Shown here piece by piece: positions 26,669-34,858 of a DNA stretch of 64,000 nt. The translations under genes were made by a program, and so were the position numbers. Source of the stretch: an uncultured Treponema sp. (GTDB lineage Bacteria > Spirochaetota > Spirochaetia > Treponematales > Treponemataceae); the NCBI GenBank assembly GCA_964482455.1, contig CAYZXM010000002.1, forward strand, positions 4,544 to 68,543, written 5' to 3'. The notes beneath the pieces were generated by a model. That model ran no database searches and was not told the origin of the DNA. It saw only the letters and a program-made list of their open reading frames with translations. The stretch's first letter is position 1; every line of letters begins with the position of its first letter.

Positions 26669-27877
26669 CTAAAGAGTTTCCTTAAAAATATGTCCCATTT
26701 TATCTCTTTTTGTTTTTAAATAAAAACGGTCATATTCCTGCGGAACAATTTCAATAGGCTCTCGTTTTAAAACCTTAAGACCAAAGCCATCTAAACCATA
26801 AACTTTCTCTGGATTATTTGTTAAAAGCCTTAAAGACTTGCATCCCAAATCCCGCAAAATCTGAGCACCAATCCAATATTCTCGTAAATCAGGTTTAAAG
26901 CCAAGTTTTACGTTTGCTTCAACGGTATCAAGTCCTTCTTCCTGAAGTTTATATGCTTTTAGTTTATTAATAAGTCCTATTCCACGACCTTCTTGTCGCA
27001 TATAAAGAATAACTCCTCTTCCCTCTTCTGCAATTTTACTCATTGCAGCATGAAGTTGAGGTCCGCAATCACAACGTTGAGAGCCAAAAACATCTCCTGT
27101 AAGACATTCAGAATGAACTCTGCATAAAACATTTTCGCCATCTCCAATTTCACCCCGAACTAATGCTACATGATGTTCTCCGGTAATATCATTGATATAA
27201 CCATAAATATCAAAATCGCCCCATTCAGTCGGAAGTTTTGCTTTAGCTTCTTGAACTACATGTTTATCATGAACTCTTAAATAATCCTGCAATTCTTTTA
27301 TTGTTATAAACTTTAATCCAAACTTTTTTGCAAGCTCCCAAAGTTTTGCCGTTCGCATCATGGTTCCGTCGTCATCCATAATTTCACAACACAAACCACA
27401 TTCTTCAAGTCCTGCCAATCTACATAAATCAACAGTAGCTTCTGTATGTCCATTTCTTACAAGAACTCCACCTTTTCTTGCAACTAAAGGAAACATATGT
27501 CCAGGTCGTCTGAAATCTTCTGGTTTAGATTCCGATGACACGCATGCCATAGCAGTTATTGAACGTTCTAATGCAGAAATTCCGGTAGTTGTGGACTTAT
27601 GGTCAACAGAAACTGTAAAAGCCGTTTCATGATTATCCGTATTTTCGCTAACCATAGGAAAAAAGTTCAATCGTGCAGCAATTTCTTCTGACATAGGCGT
27701 ACAAATTAATCCTTTTGCATACGTTGCCATCATATTTATGTTTGCTTGCGTTGCAAAACGCCCGGCACATATCATATCTCCTTCATTTTCACGATCAGGA
27801 TCATCTGTAACTAAAATAATTTTACCATTTCTAAGTTCTTCTAATGCTTCATCTATTGAATTATATTTATATTCCAT
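26669..27877 (-). CDS. ribBA: Bifunctional 3,4-dihydroxy-2-butanone-4-phosphate synthase / GTP cyclohydrolase II
   Basis: DHBPS block DRENEGDMI and GCH-II zinc motif [21 protein letters not shown]. Confidence 0.9.
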   Translation of the reverse strand: MEYKYNSIDEALEELRNGKIILVTDDPDRENEGDMICAGRFATQANINMMATYAKGLICTPMSEEIAARLNFFPMVSENTDNHETAFTVSVDHKSTTTGISALERSITAMACVSSESKPEDFRRPGHMFPLVARKGGVLVRNGHTEATVDLCRLAGLEECGLCCEIMDDDGTMMRTAKLWELAKKFGLKFITIKELQDYLRVHDKHVVQEAKAKLPTEWGDFDIYGYINDITGEHHVALVRGEIGDGENVLCRVHSECLTGDVFGSQRCDCGPQLHAAMSKIAEEGRGVILYMRQEGRGIGLINKLKAYKLQEEGLDTVEANVKLGFKPDLREYWIGAQILRDLGCKSLRLLTNNPEKVYGLDGFGLKVLKREPIEIVPQEYDRFYLKTKRDKMGHIFKETL

Positions 27878-27919
27878 AAAATCCTCTTAATTTTATTAAA
27901 TTCAGACTGTAAAACTTAT

Positions 27920-28549
27920 CTATTCATTCAACCAATTCAAAAGTTTTTCTTCTTTTTTAGATTGATTGTTATTTTTTAGATTCATAAATCGATTTACATA
28001 CTTTCCAATTACATCATTTTCAAGATTTACAATGTCGCCAACTTTTTTATTAAGTAATGTAGTTTCTTTTTTTGTATGTGGAATTACACTAACTGCAAAA
28101 TTCTTTTCGTTTACCTTTGCAACTGTTAAACTTATTCCATCTATTGCAACAGAACCTTTTTCTATAATTAAGTCCAAAATAGATTCTTTTGTTTCAACAT
28201 AAACCCATACTGCATTTCCATCATTTTGCATTTGTATGATTTTTCCAGTTCCATCAATATGACCCGAAACAAAATGACCGCCAAACCGTCCATCTGCAGC
28301 CATTGCACGCTCTAAATTTACTAAATCACCTTTTTTTAATGAACCAAGATTTGACCTTGAAAGTGTTTCATTCATTACATCAGAAGAAAAACTGCATTCA
28401 TCAAGTTTTGTAACTGTTAGACACACGCCGTTTACTGCAATGCTATCGCCTGGTAAAGTTTTAGAAAGGACTTTTTTTGCTTCAAGTACAATTTTTCCGT
28501 TTCCAACTTCTAAAACTTTTCCGGTTTCTTCAATAATTCCTGTAAACAT
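27920..28549 (-). CDS. ribE: Riboflavin synthase (alpha chain)
   Basis: MFTGIIEETG N-terminus and a duplicated lumazine-binding repeat (VNGVCLTV / IDGISLTV). Confidence 0.9.
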   Translation of the reverse strand: MFTGIIEETGKVLEVGNGKIVLEAKKVLSKTLPGDSIAVNGVCLTVTKLDECSFSSDVMNETLSRSNLGSLKKGDLVNLERAMAADGRFGGHFVSGHIDGTGKIIQMQNDGNAVWVYVETKESILDLIIEKGSVAIDGISLTVAKVNEKNFAVSVIPHTKKETTLLNKKVGDIVNLENDVIGKYVNRFMNLKNNNQSKKEEKLLNWLNE

Positions 28550-28726
28550 AAAAAAAGCCCCTTTCAGGGCGTAAAAAGTACAATATTCGCAAAAAGCGTT
28601 TTTACTTCTTTCATCCAGACTATACTGTCGGTTGCGGAATCACACCGCATCATGCAAAATATTGCTCGCTGACTTACATAAAAATGCACACAGCCGGTAA
28701 GGATTTACACCTTGCCCTGAAGTTAA
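28550..28726 (-). promoter_or_regulatory. FMN riboswitch (RFN element) with terminator/RBS-sequestering expression platform
   Basis: The minus strand reads ...CTTCAGGGCAAGGTGTAAATCCTTACCGGCTGTG...GCGGTGTGATTCCGCAACCGACAGTATAGTCTGGATGAAAGAAG, matching the conserved RFN core. It is followed by hairpin GCCCUGAAAGGGGC + U7 directly abutting the ribE ATG; the AAAGGGG RBS is inside the hairpin. Confidence 0.9.
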
Positions 28727-28730
28727 AAAT

Positions 28731-28759
28731 ATAATATCTAAATACTTTAAAATTTTCAA
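28731..28759 (-). promoter_or_regulatory. Sigma70-like promoter of the rib operon (TTGAAA-N17-TATTAT)
   Basis: On the minus strand: TTGAAA (28754-28759), a 17-nt spacer, then TATTAT (28731-28736). This places the start site at the 5' edge of the riboswitch aptamer. Confidence 0.6.
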
Positions 28760-28812
28760 TAATTTGACCTTATATTAAACAAATAAGATTTTTAAAACAG
28801 TGCTGTTTTATG

Positions 28813-28966
28813 TCATAAAGTCGACGGATATATATCATAAAACCGTCGAATTTACATCGTAAAACCGACGGATATATGTCGTAAAACCGACGAATTTATA
28901 CCATAAAATCGACGGATATGTATCATAAAACCGTCGAATTTATGTCGTAAAACCGTCGGTTTTACG
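28813..28966. repeat. Tandem array of seven 22-bp direct repeats (consensus TCRTAAAACCGWCGRATWTAYR)
   Basis: Exact 22-bp phasing with units starting at 28813, 28835, 28857, 28879, 28901, 28923 and 28945. The last unit forms the perfect palindrome CGTAAAACCG-T-CGGTTTTACG (28946-28966). Confidence 0.95.
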
Positions 28967-28994
28967 ATAAAATTTCGCCGTACAGAACTTAAAC

Positions 28995-29312
28995 TTATCC
29001 TACATTTTTAGCAAGAGAAACGCCATTTACACTTGCTGTAACTGCTCTTAAACTGTCATAACGTTTGTTTATAAAGTAAACAACAACATTCACACTGACA
29101 ATTGCAAGATTTAATATATATACAGCAAGAACATAATTAATTGCACCTCGTGAAACTTTTGCAATAATTCCTGCAATGTAACCTAAAATTATCAATAAAA
29201 CAAATTTTAGACTCATATTTTTTGCTGTTTTTGATTTTACATTCTTCCAAACATTAATCGGCCAAGAAAGACCAAAACAAATAAGCATAACTGCTTCTAA
29301 AACTTCTGCCAT
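28995..29312 (-). CDS. Small 3-TM membrane protein, PQ-loop / SemiSWEET-like
   Basis: Three TM helices. TM1 ends in LSWPINVWKNVKSKTAKNMS, resembling the PQ-loop motif pattern. GGGG followed 8 nt later by ATG 29312 is preferred over the upstream TTG/ATG starts. Confidence 0.45.
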   Translation of the reverse strand: MAEVLEAVMLICFGLSWPINVWKNVKSKTAKNMSLKFVLLIILGYIAGIIAKVSRGAINYVLAVYILNLAIVSVNVVVYFINKRYDSLRAVTASVNGVSLAKNVG

Positions 29313-29387
29313 ATTCATTACCCCTTTTCGTTCATAAATATAAAGAAAAAAATTAATAACTTCCAATATATCTTTATTATCATATTA

Positions 29388-29405
29388 ATAACTTTATGTT
29401 ATAAT
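29388..29405 (+). promoter_or_regulatory. Candidate LysR box (ATAAC-N5-GTTAT) overlapping an extended -10 (TGTTATAAT) for the LysR-family gene
   Basis: 29388-29402 is ATAACTTTATGTTAT (the ATA-N9-TAT type of dyad used by LysR regulators). TGTTATAAT occupies 29397-29405, ending only 8 nt before ATG 29414. Confidence 0.35.
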
Positions 29406-29413
29406 TTACTTAT

Positions 29414-30301
29414 ATGGAATTAACACAATTAAAATATTTTCTGGAAGTTGCAAAAACAGAACATGTAACGCACAGTGCAGAAAATCTGCACGTTGCCCAG
29501 CCGGCATTAACACAGGCAATTCATCGATTAGAAAACGAACTGGAAATACCTCTCTTTGTTTCAAAAGGAAGAAACATCTCTCTTACTCCTTACGGAAAAT
29601 ATTTTTATGAAAATCTTAAGCCGATTATGAAAATGCTTGATGAACTTCCAACGAAACTTAAAGAAATGGCAAAAAGTGAAAATACTACCATTCATTTAAA
29701 TGTTTTGGCCGCATCTTCTCTTGTAACAGAAGCGATTATAGAATATCAAAAAATTGATAGTGAACTGCATATTCAAATTCATCAAAATGAAACAACTGAT
29801 TTTGATGACATTAAAATTACAACAGAAATTTCATGTAAACAAAAATCATCAGATTCTATATTCATTTGTAGTGAAAAAATATTTCTTGCTGTACCGAATA
29901 CACAAGAATTTGATGATTGCAAATCAATTAGCTTTTCTAAAATAAAAACTCTTTGCAAGGAATGGGGATTTATTTCTCTTTCTGGTTCAAAGCAACTGCG
30001 TTCTATTTGCGATAAATACTGCCTTAATGCTGGAATAATTCCAAATACGATTTTTGAAAGCGACAATCCTGCTGCTGTAAAAAATATGATTGCTGCAAAT
30101 ATTGGAATCGGTTTTTGGCCAGAATTTTCGTGGGGCAAACTTGATTCAAGCAAAGTAAAACTTTTGCAAATTACAAATCCAGATTGCAAACGTGATATTC
30201 TTATAACGTGTAATAAAAATAAGGCAGAGAATTCTCATTTGGAAAATTTTTATAATTTTCTAACTGGTTATTTTAAGATTGCAAGTCTTGGTGAAAATTG
30301 A
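29414..30301 (+). CDS. LysR-family transcriptional regulator
   Basis: N-terminal HTH MELTQLKYFLEVAKTEHVTHSAENLHVAQPALTQAIHRLENEL plus a substrate-binding domain. It is divergent from the small membrane protein gene. Confidence 0.85.
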   Translation: MELTQLKYFLEVAKTEHVTHSAENLHVAQPALTQAIHRLENELEIPLFVSKGRNISLTPYGKYFYENLKPIMKMLDELPTKLKEMAKSENTTIHLNVLAASSLVTEAIIEYQKIDSELHIQIHQNETTDFDDIKITTEISCKQKSSDSIFICSEKIFLAVPNTQEFDDCKSISFSKIKTLCKEWGFISLSGSKQLRSICDKYCLNAGIIPNTIFESDNPAAVKNMIAANIGIGFWPEFSWGKLDSSKVKLLQITNPDCKRDILITCNKNKAENSHLENFYNFLTGYFKIASLGEN

Positions 30302-30382
30302 AAAATTGCAATAAAAAAAACGCTTTCAGCGGTTTTATTTGTTTGCGAAAAAACTAAAAATTTTGGCAATTAAAACAAAATA

Positions 30383-30411
30383 TTGACTATATTTTTGAAT
30401 TCTTTTATAAA
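30383..30411 (+). promoter_or_regulatory. Sigma70-like promoter TTGACT-N17-TATAAA upstream of the asnB leader
   Basis: TTGACT at 30383-30388, a 17-nt spacer, and TATAAA at 30406-30411. Confidence 0.45.
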
Positions 30412-30424
30412 TATACAAACGACA

Positions 30425-30488
30425 AAGACGTCTGTTCAATGTTATTTCTGTTTTTGCAGAAATGATTTTGAATAGGCGTCTTTTTTTT
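30425..30488 (+). terminator. Long imperfect hairpin followed by T8 (terminator-like; leader attenuator or LysR-gene terminator)
   Basis: AAAGACG...TTCAA..ATTTCTG-tttttg-CAGAAAT..TTGAA...CGTCTTT followed by TTTTTTTT (30481-30488). Confidence 0.4.
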
Positions 30489-30566
30489 GGGGTTTTAGGG
30501 GCTTTGCCCCTAGGAGAAGGGGTAGGCGAAAACCGCAGGTTTGAGCCGTGGGGAAGGCTTTCCCCT
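30489..30566. repeat. GC-rich structured intergenic element, copy B (inverted relative to copy A)
   Basis: Hairpin AGGGGCtttGCCCCT, core GGGGTAGGCGAAAACCGCAGGTTTGA, and hairpin GGGGAAggctTTCCCC. Positions 30528-30544 are the reverse complement of 14664-14680. Confidence 0.7.
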
Positions 30567-30620
30567 CCTTTAATAAATTGAATTTTTTAATACTACAACT
30601 TTTAAACACGGGGGTTACAT

Positions 30621-32378
30621 ATGTGTGGATTTGTAGGTGCTTTTGATTTAAATAGTGGTTCAAAACCAATTGATGAAGGTTTGAAAGAAGAATTAAGAAG
30701 TCAGGTTTTGGAAATGTCAAAAAAGATTCGGCACAGAGGTCCGGATTGGAGTGGCGTTTACACTGGCGAAAATGCGATTTTAAGCCACGAACGGCTTTCT
30801 ATTGTTGACCCTCTTTCTGGAAAGCAGCCTTTGGTAAGCGATGACGGAAAAATCATTCTTGCGGCAAACGGCGAAATCTACAATCACAAAGAAATTCGAA
30901 AAGAATTTGAAGGAAAATACAATTTTAAAACCCAGAGCGACTGTGAAGTTATCATTCCGCTTTACAAGAAATTTGCTGCACAAGGCGGCGATTTTAAAGC
31001 GATGATTGAAAAGTTAAGCGGAATTTTTGCTTTTGCACTTTACGATTCGCAAAACGATGTTTATTTAATTGCCCGCGACGAAATTGGTGTAATTCCGCTT
31101 TATCAAGGCTGGGACAAGGCCGGGCGGTATTATGTTGCATCTGAACTTAAAGCTTTGGAAGGCGAGTGCCAGACAATTGAAGAATTTCCAAACGGACATT
31201 ATTTGTATTCAAAAGACGCAAAAGTTACAAAATGGTATTCTCGCGATTGGGAAAGTTTTGATTTTGTAAAAAATAGTCCAAAGGCAACTGACGAAAAAGG
31301 TGAAGTGATTAATCCGTCTGTTATTGAAAAAGTAAAATTTGGGCTTGAAAATGCGGTAAAATCTCAGCTTATGAGTGATGTTCCGTACGGCGTTTTGCTT
31401 TCAGGCGGTTTGGATTCTTCGATTATTGCGGCAATTACTCAAAAATATTCTAAAAAGCGAATTGAATCTGATTCAAAAGAAGAAGCGTGGTGGCCTCAGT
31501 TACATTCGTTTGCAGTTGGTCTTGAAGGCTCTCCAGATTTGGTTGCTGCAAAAAAAGCGGCTGAATACATTGGAACGGTTCATCACGAAGTTCATTTTAC
31601 AATTCAGGAAGCTCTCGACGCCTTACCGGATGTAATTTATCACATTGAAACTTACGATATTACGACTGTTCGTGCTTCTACACCGATGTATCTTTTGGCA
31701 CGCGTTATAAAATCTATGGGAATTAAGATGGTTTTGAGCGGCGAAGGAAGTGATGAACTTTTTGGCGGATATTTGTATTTTCACAAGGCTCCGAACGCAA
31801 AGGAATTCCACGAAGAATTGGTTCGCAAAATGAGCAAACTTCACCTTTACGATTGTCTTCGTGCAAACAAATCGCTTATGGCGTGGGGAGTTGAAGGCCG
31901 CGTTCCGTTCCTTGATAAAGATTTTATCGACATTGCAATGAGTTTAAATCCGACTGACAAAATGAACATTAAAATGCCAGATGGAAAACAGAGAATGGAA
32001 AAATGGATTTTGCGAAAGGCGTTTGAAGATATGCTTCCAGAAAGTATCTGCTGGCGACAAAAGGAACAGTTCAGCGATGGCGTTGGCTACAATTGGATTG
32101 ATACTCTTAAAAAAATGACTGAAGAAAAGGTAAGTGACGCAGAATTTGCCCGCCGCGAAAACAGATTCCCAGTAAATCCTCCAAAAACAAAAGAAGAATA
32201 TTATTACCGTGAAATCTATTCAAGATTCTTCCCTAGTGATAGTGCCGCAAAAGTTGTTCCGCACGAGGCTGGAGTTGCTTGTTCCACTGCAAAGGCTCTT
32301 GAATGGGATGCCGCCTGGAAAAATATGGATGAACCTTCTGGGCGTGCAATCAGCGGAGTTCACGATAAGGCGTATTAA
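30621..32378 (+). CDS. asnB: Asparagine synthase (glutamine-hydrolysing)
   Basis: Ntn-amidotransferase start MCGFVG and PP-loop SGGLDSS; 585 aa. Confidence 0.9.
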   Translation: MCGFVGAFDLNSGSKPIDEGLKEELRSQVLEMSKKIRHRGPDWSGVYTGENAILSHERLSIVDPLSGKQPLVSDDGKIILAANGEIYNHKEIRKEFEGKYNFKTQSDCEVIIPLYKKFAAQGGDFKAMIEKLSGIFAFALYDSQNDVYLIARDEIGVIPLYQGWDKAGRYYVASELKALEGECQTIEEFPNGHYLYSKDAKVTKWYSRDWESFDFVKNSPKATDEKGEVINPSVIEKVKFGLENAVKSQLMSDVPYGVLLSGGLDSSIIAAITQKYSKKRIESDSKEEAWWPQLHSFAVGLEGSPDLVAAKKAAEYIGTVHHEVHFTIQEALDALPDVIYHIETYDITTVRASTPMYLLARVIKSMGIKMVLSGEGSDELFGGYLYFHKAPNAKEFHEELVRKMSKLHLYDCLRANKSLMAWGVEGRVPFLDKDFIDIAMSLNPTDKMNIKMPDGKQRMEKWILRKAFEDMLPESICWRQKEQFSDGVGYNWIDTLKKMTEEKVSDAEFARRENRFPVNPPKTKEEYYYREIYSRFFPSDSAAKVVPHEAGVACSTAKALEWDAAWKNMDEPSGRAISGVHDKAY

Positions 32379-32452
32379 TTTTTTTTAGTTAGAATTTTAG
32401 AAAAAATTGATTTACTCATATAACAAAAAATCTTTTATAGTTTTTTTGTTAT

Positions 32453-33793
32453 ATGTATAATAAGAATATGGTTCAAAATAAAACTGAAAAAAAAGCACGC
32501 CAAATTCGTGATGTAATACGTTATATACAAAAATTCCAAAATGCAACTGTTGTTATTTACCTTGATGATGAAGTAATTGATTCTCCTCTTTTTTCTAGTC
32601 ATATTCGCGATATTTCTCTTCTTCATCAAGCTGGAATAAAAGTTGCAATTGTTCCAGGTACAAAAAAAAGAATTGATCAAATCTTAAAAAAATCAAAAAT
32701 AAAATGGACCTATCATGACCAAATTCGTATTACAGACGAAAAAGGTATTAACCTTATAAAAATGGCTGCGTTTGATATTTCAAATATAATAATGACCAGT
32801 CTTGCGGCAAATCATATTACTGCAACTATTGGAAATTGGGTTCGAGCCAGAGCAAAGGGAGTTATAGATGGTATTGATTTTGGTACAGCTGGTGAAATAG
32901 ATAAAATTCAAGTTGATGCAATTAAGAATACTTTAAATAACGGTTTTATTCCAATTTTTCCTTGTATTGGATGGAGCATTATTGGAAAGCCATACAATAT
33001 TTCTTCCACTGAACTTGCAAAATCCGTTGCAACAAGTTTAAAAGCTGACAAACTATTTTTTGTTATAAAAAATGGTATCATTGCTAAAGATGAATTTATA
33101 ATTCCTGAAAAAATAGGAATTTCTACAGAAGATACTATTCCTGCAATGGATCTTGATGAACTAGAATCTTTTTTAACATTAAACAAAGAAAATTCAAATC
33201 AAAAAATTATTTCTCTCTTAAAGATTTCTGAAAATGCCTGCAAAAACGGCGTTACGCGTTCCCATATTTTAAATGGTTCTCAAGATGGTTCTATTCCTTG
33301 TGAAATTTTCAGCGATTTAGGTTCAGGCACGATGATTTATTCACAAAATTATGGTCATATTCGTTCGATGACGCAAACAGATATTCCTTCTGTGCTTTCA
33401 ATAATGAATCCGTTTATTCAGAAAAAAATTCTTTTACCTCGTACAGAAAAAGATTTAACAAACAATCTTTCTGATTATATTGTTTATGAAATTGATGGTG
33501 GAATTCGTGCAACGGCTTCACTTCATATTTATGATAACTATCAAGCGGAAATTGCTGGAATTGCCGTTGATGAATCTTTTTCTAATTTAGGAATTGGTCC
33601 AAAACTAATCGAATATTTAATACATAAAGCAAAAGATAAGAAACTTTCCAGTGTATTTATTCTTACAACACAAACTTCTGACTGGTTTGAACAGTTTGGT
33701 TTTTTACCTGATAATATTTCTTCTTTACCACAAGAAAGAAAAAACCTTTGGACTCCAAAACGAAATTCAAAGGTTTTTAGAATAAAATTATAA
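32453..33793 (+). CDS. argA: Amino-acid N-acetyltransferase (N-acetylglutamate synthase; amino-acid-kinase fold + GNAT)
   Basis: N-terminal AAK-fold blocks (VVIYLDD, GIKVAIVPG) and a C-terminal GNAT block (AEIAGIAVDESFSNLGIGPKLIEYL). The start codon is uncertain because no clear RBS is visible. Confidence 0.75.
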   Translation: MYNKNMVQNKTEKKARQIRDVIRYIQKFQNATVVIYLDDEVIDSPLFSSHIRDISLLHQAGIKVAIVPGTKKRIDQILKKSKIKWTYHDQIRITDEKGINLIKMAAFDISNIIMTSLAANHITATIGNWVRARAKGVIDGIDFGTAGEIDKIQVDAIKNTLNNGFIPIFPCIGWSIIGKPYNISSTELAKSVATSLKADKLFFVIKNGIIAKDEFIIPEKIGISTEDTIPAMDLDELESFLTLNKENSNQKIISLLKISENACKNGVTRSHILNGSQDGSIPCEIFSDLGSGTMIYSQNYGHIRSMTQTDIPSVLSIMNPFIQKKILLPRTEKDLTNNLSDYIVYEIDGGIRATASLHIYDNYQAEIAGIAVDESFSNLGIGPKLIEYLIHKAKDKKLSSVFILTTQTSDWFEQFGFLPDNISSLPQERKNLWTPKRNSKVFRIKL

Positions 33794-33794
33794 T

Positions 33795-34844
33795 TTAAAA
33801 ACTATTAAGCATTACATCAAATGCAATGTATGCACTTTCTGGAATTACTCCAGGATAGCCTCGTTCACCATATGCTAAATCTGGTGGAAGAACAAAAGTT
33901 CTTACTTCGCCTTTTGTCATATCCTGAACCATTGCATCAAAACCTGGAATCATCTGTCCAGCACCTGTTCTAAAGTTTAGTGCTTCATGTCCGCCATCAA
34001 GCATTCCACTCGAGCCATCAAAAACTGTTCCATCTACAAGATAACCTTTATAATCAACGGAAACATTTTTTCCTTTTCCACATTTTGCACCAGAACCAGT
34101 TTTTGTAACTTTATAATAAATTCCATCTGAAGTTTTAGAATATCCTGGAAAGTTTTTTTCAACTTCAGCAATTTTTGCAGCATATTTTGCTTTTTTTGCT
34201 TCATTTGCTTTTTCTATGGCAACTTTATTTAAATTATCCCAATCTTCTTGGGTTGTTTTAAAAGCATTAGCATCATCGCCTTGTCTTACAATTGTTATAG
34301 ATTTTATTTCATCGTCTTGAGCAATTGCATTTACAACCTCTTGATCATTTTTTGTTACAACATGACCAAAAATTGTATGTTTTCCATTTAACCATGGAGT
34401 TTCAACATGAGTAATAAAAAACTGAGAACCATTTGTATTTGCACCTGCATTTGCCATTGCAAGATAACCTGGTTCATCAAATTTATATGAAACTTCTTCA
34501 TCGGCAAATTTATAACCAGGTCCACCAGTTCCATTACCTCTAGGATCTCCACCTTGAATCATAAAATCTTTTATAACTCTATGAAATTTAAGTCCGTTAT
34601 AAAATGGTTTTCCATTTGCTGCATCTAAAGTTCCTTCCGCAAGTCCTACAAAATTACAAACTGTTAAAGGAGCATCTTTATAATATAATTCCAATGCAAT
34701 TTCACCTTTAGAAGTTTCCATAATAGCAAATAAACCATCTTTTCCTTTTATTGAATCCATAACTTTTCCTTTAGAGCTACATGCTCCATTCATTAAAATT
34801 GAAATGCCAAATAAAGCACTCATACAAACTTTTTTTACATTCAT
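33795..34844 (-). CDS. Dual-family peptidyl-prolyl isomerase: cyclophilin domain fused to FKBP domain, probable lipoprotein
   Basis: Signal/lipobox-like ISILMNGAC. Cyclophilin blocks FHRVIKDFMIQGGDP and GSQFFITH. C-terminal FKBP blocks VDYKGYLVDGTVFDGS and MIPGFDAMVQDMTKGE. Confidence 0.85.
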   Translation of the reverse strand: MNVKKVCMSALFGISILMNGACSSKGKVMDSIKGKDGLFAIMETSKGEIALELYYKDAPLTVCNFVGLAEGTLDAANGKPFYNGLKFHRVIKDFMIQGGDPRGNGTGGPGYKFADEEVSYKFDEPGYLAMANAGANTNGSQFFITHVETPWLNGKHTIFGHVVTKNDQEVVNAIAQDDEIKSITIVRQGDDANAFKTTQEDWDNLNKVAIEKANEAKKAKYAAKIAEVEKNFPGYSKTSDGIYYKVTKTGSGAKCGKGKNVSVDYKGYLVDGTVFDGSSGMLDGGHEALNFRTGAGQMIPGFDAMVQDMTKGEVRTFVLPPDLAYGERGYPGVIPESAYIAFDVMLNSF

Positions 34845-34858
34845 AAATAAAACCCTAC

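Noticed and set aside
28813-28966. Could the 22-bp repeat array be a CRISPR array?
   Set aside because: The repeats are directly contiguous with no spacers, the units are only 22 bp, and there is no leader or cas gene anywhere in the window.
30489-30620. T-box or other known riboswitch in the asnB leader
   Set aside because: I find no T-box consensus (AAUUAGGGUGGUACCGCG-like) or specifier-loop layout. The same GC-rich element also occurs in the opposite orientation at 14543-14646, which argues against a simple orientation-dependent riboswitch.
30442-30720. 92-aa minus-strand ORF spanning the GC-rich element and the asnB start
   Set aside because: It reads through the structured repeat and overlaps the unambiguous MCGFVG start of asnB. 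It is an artefact of a stop-poor GC-rich stretch.
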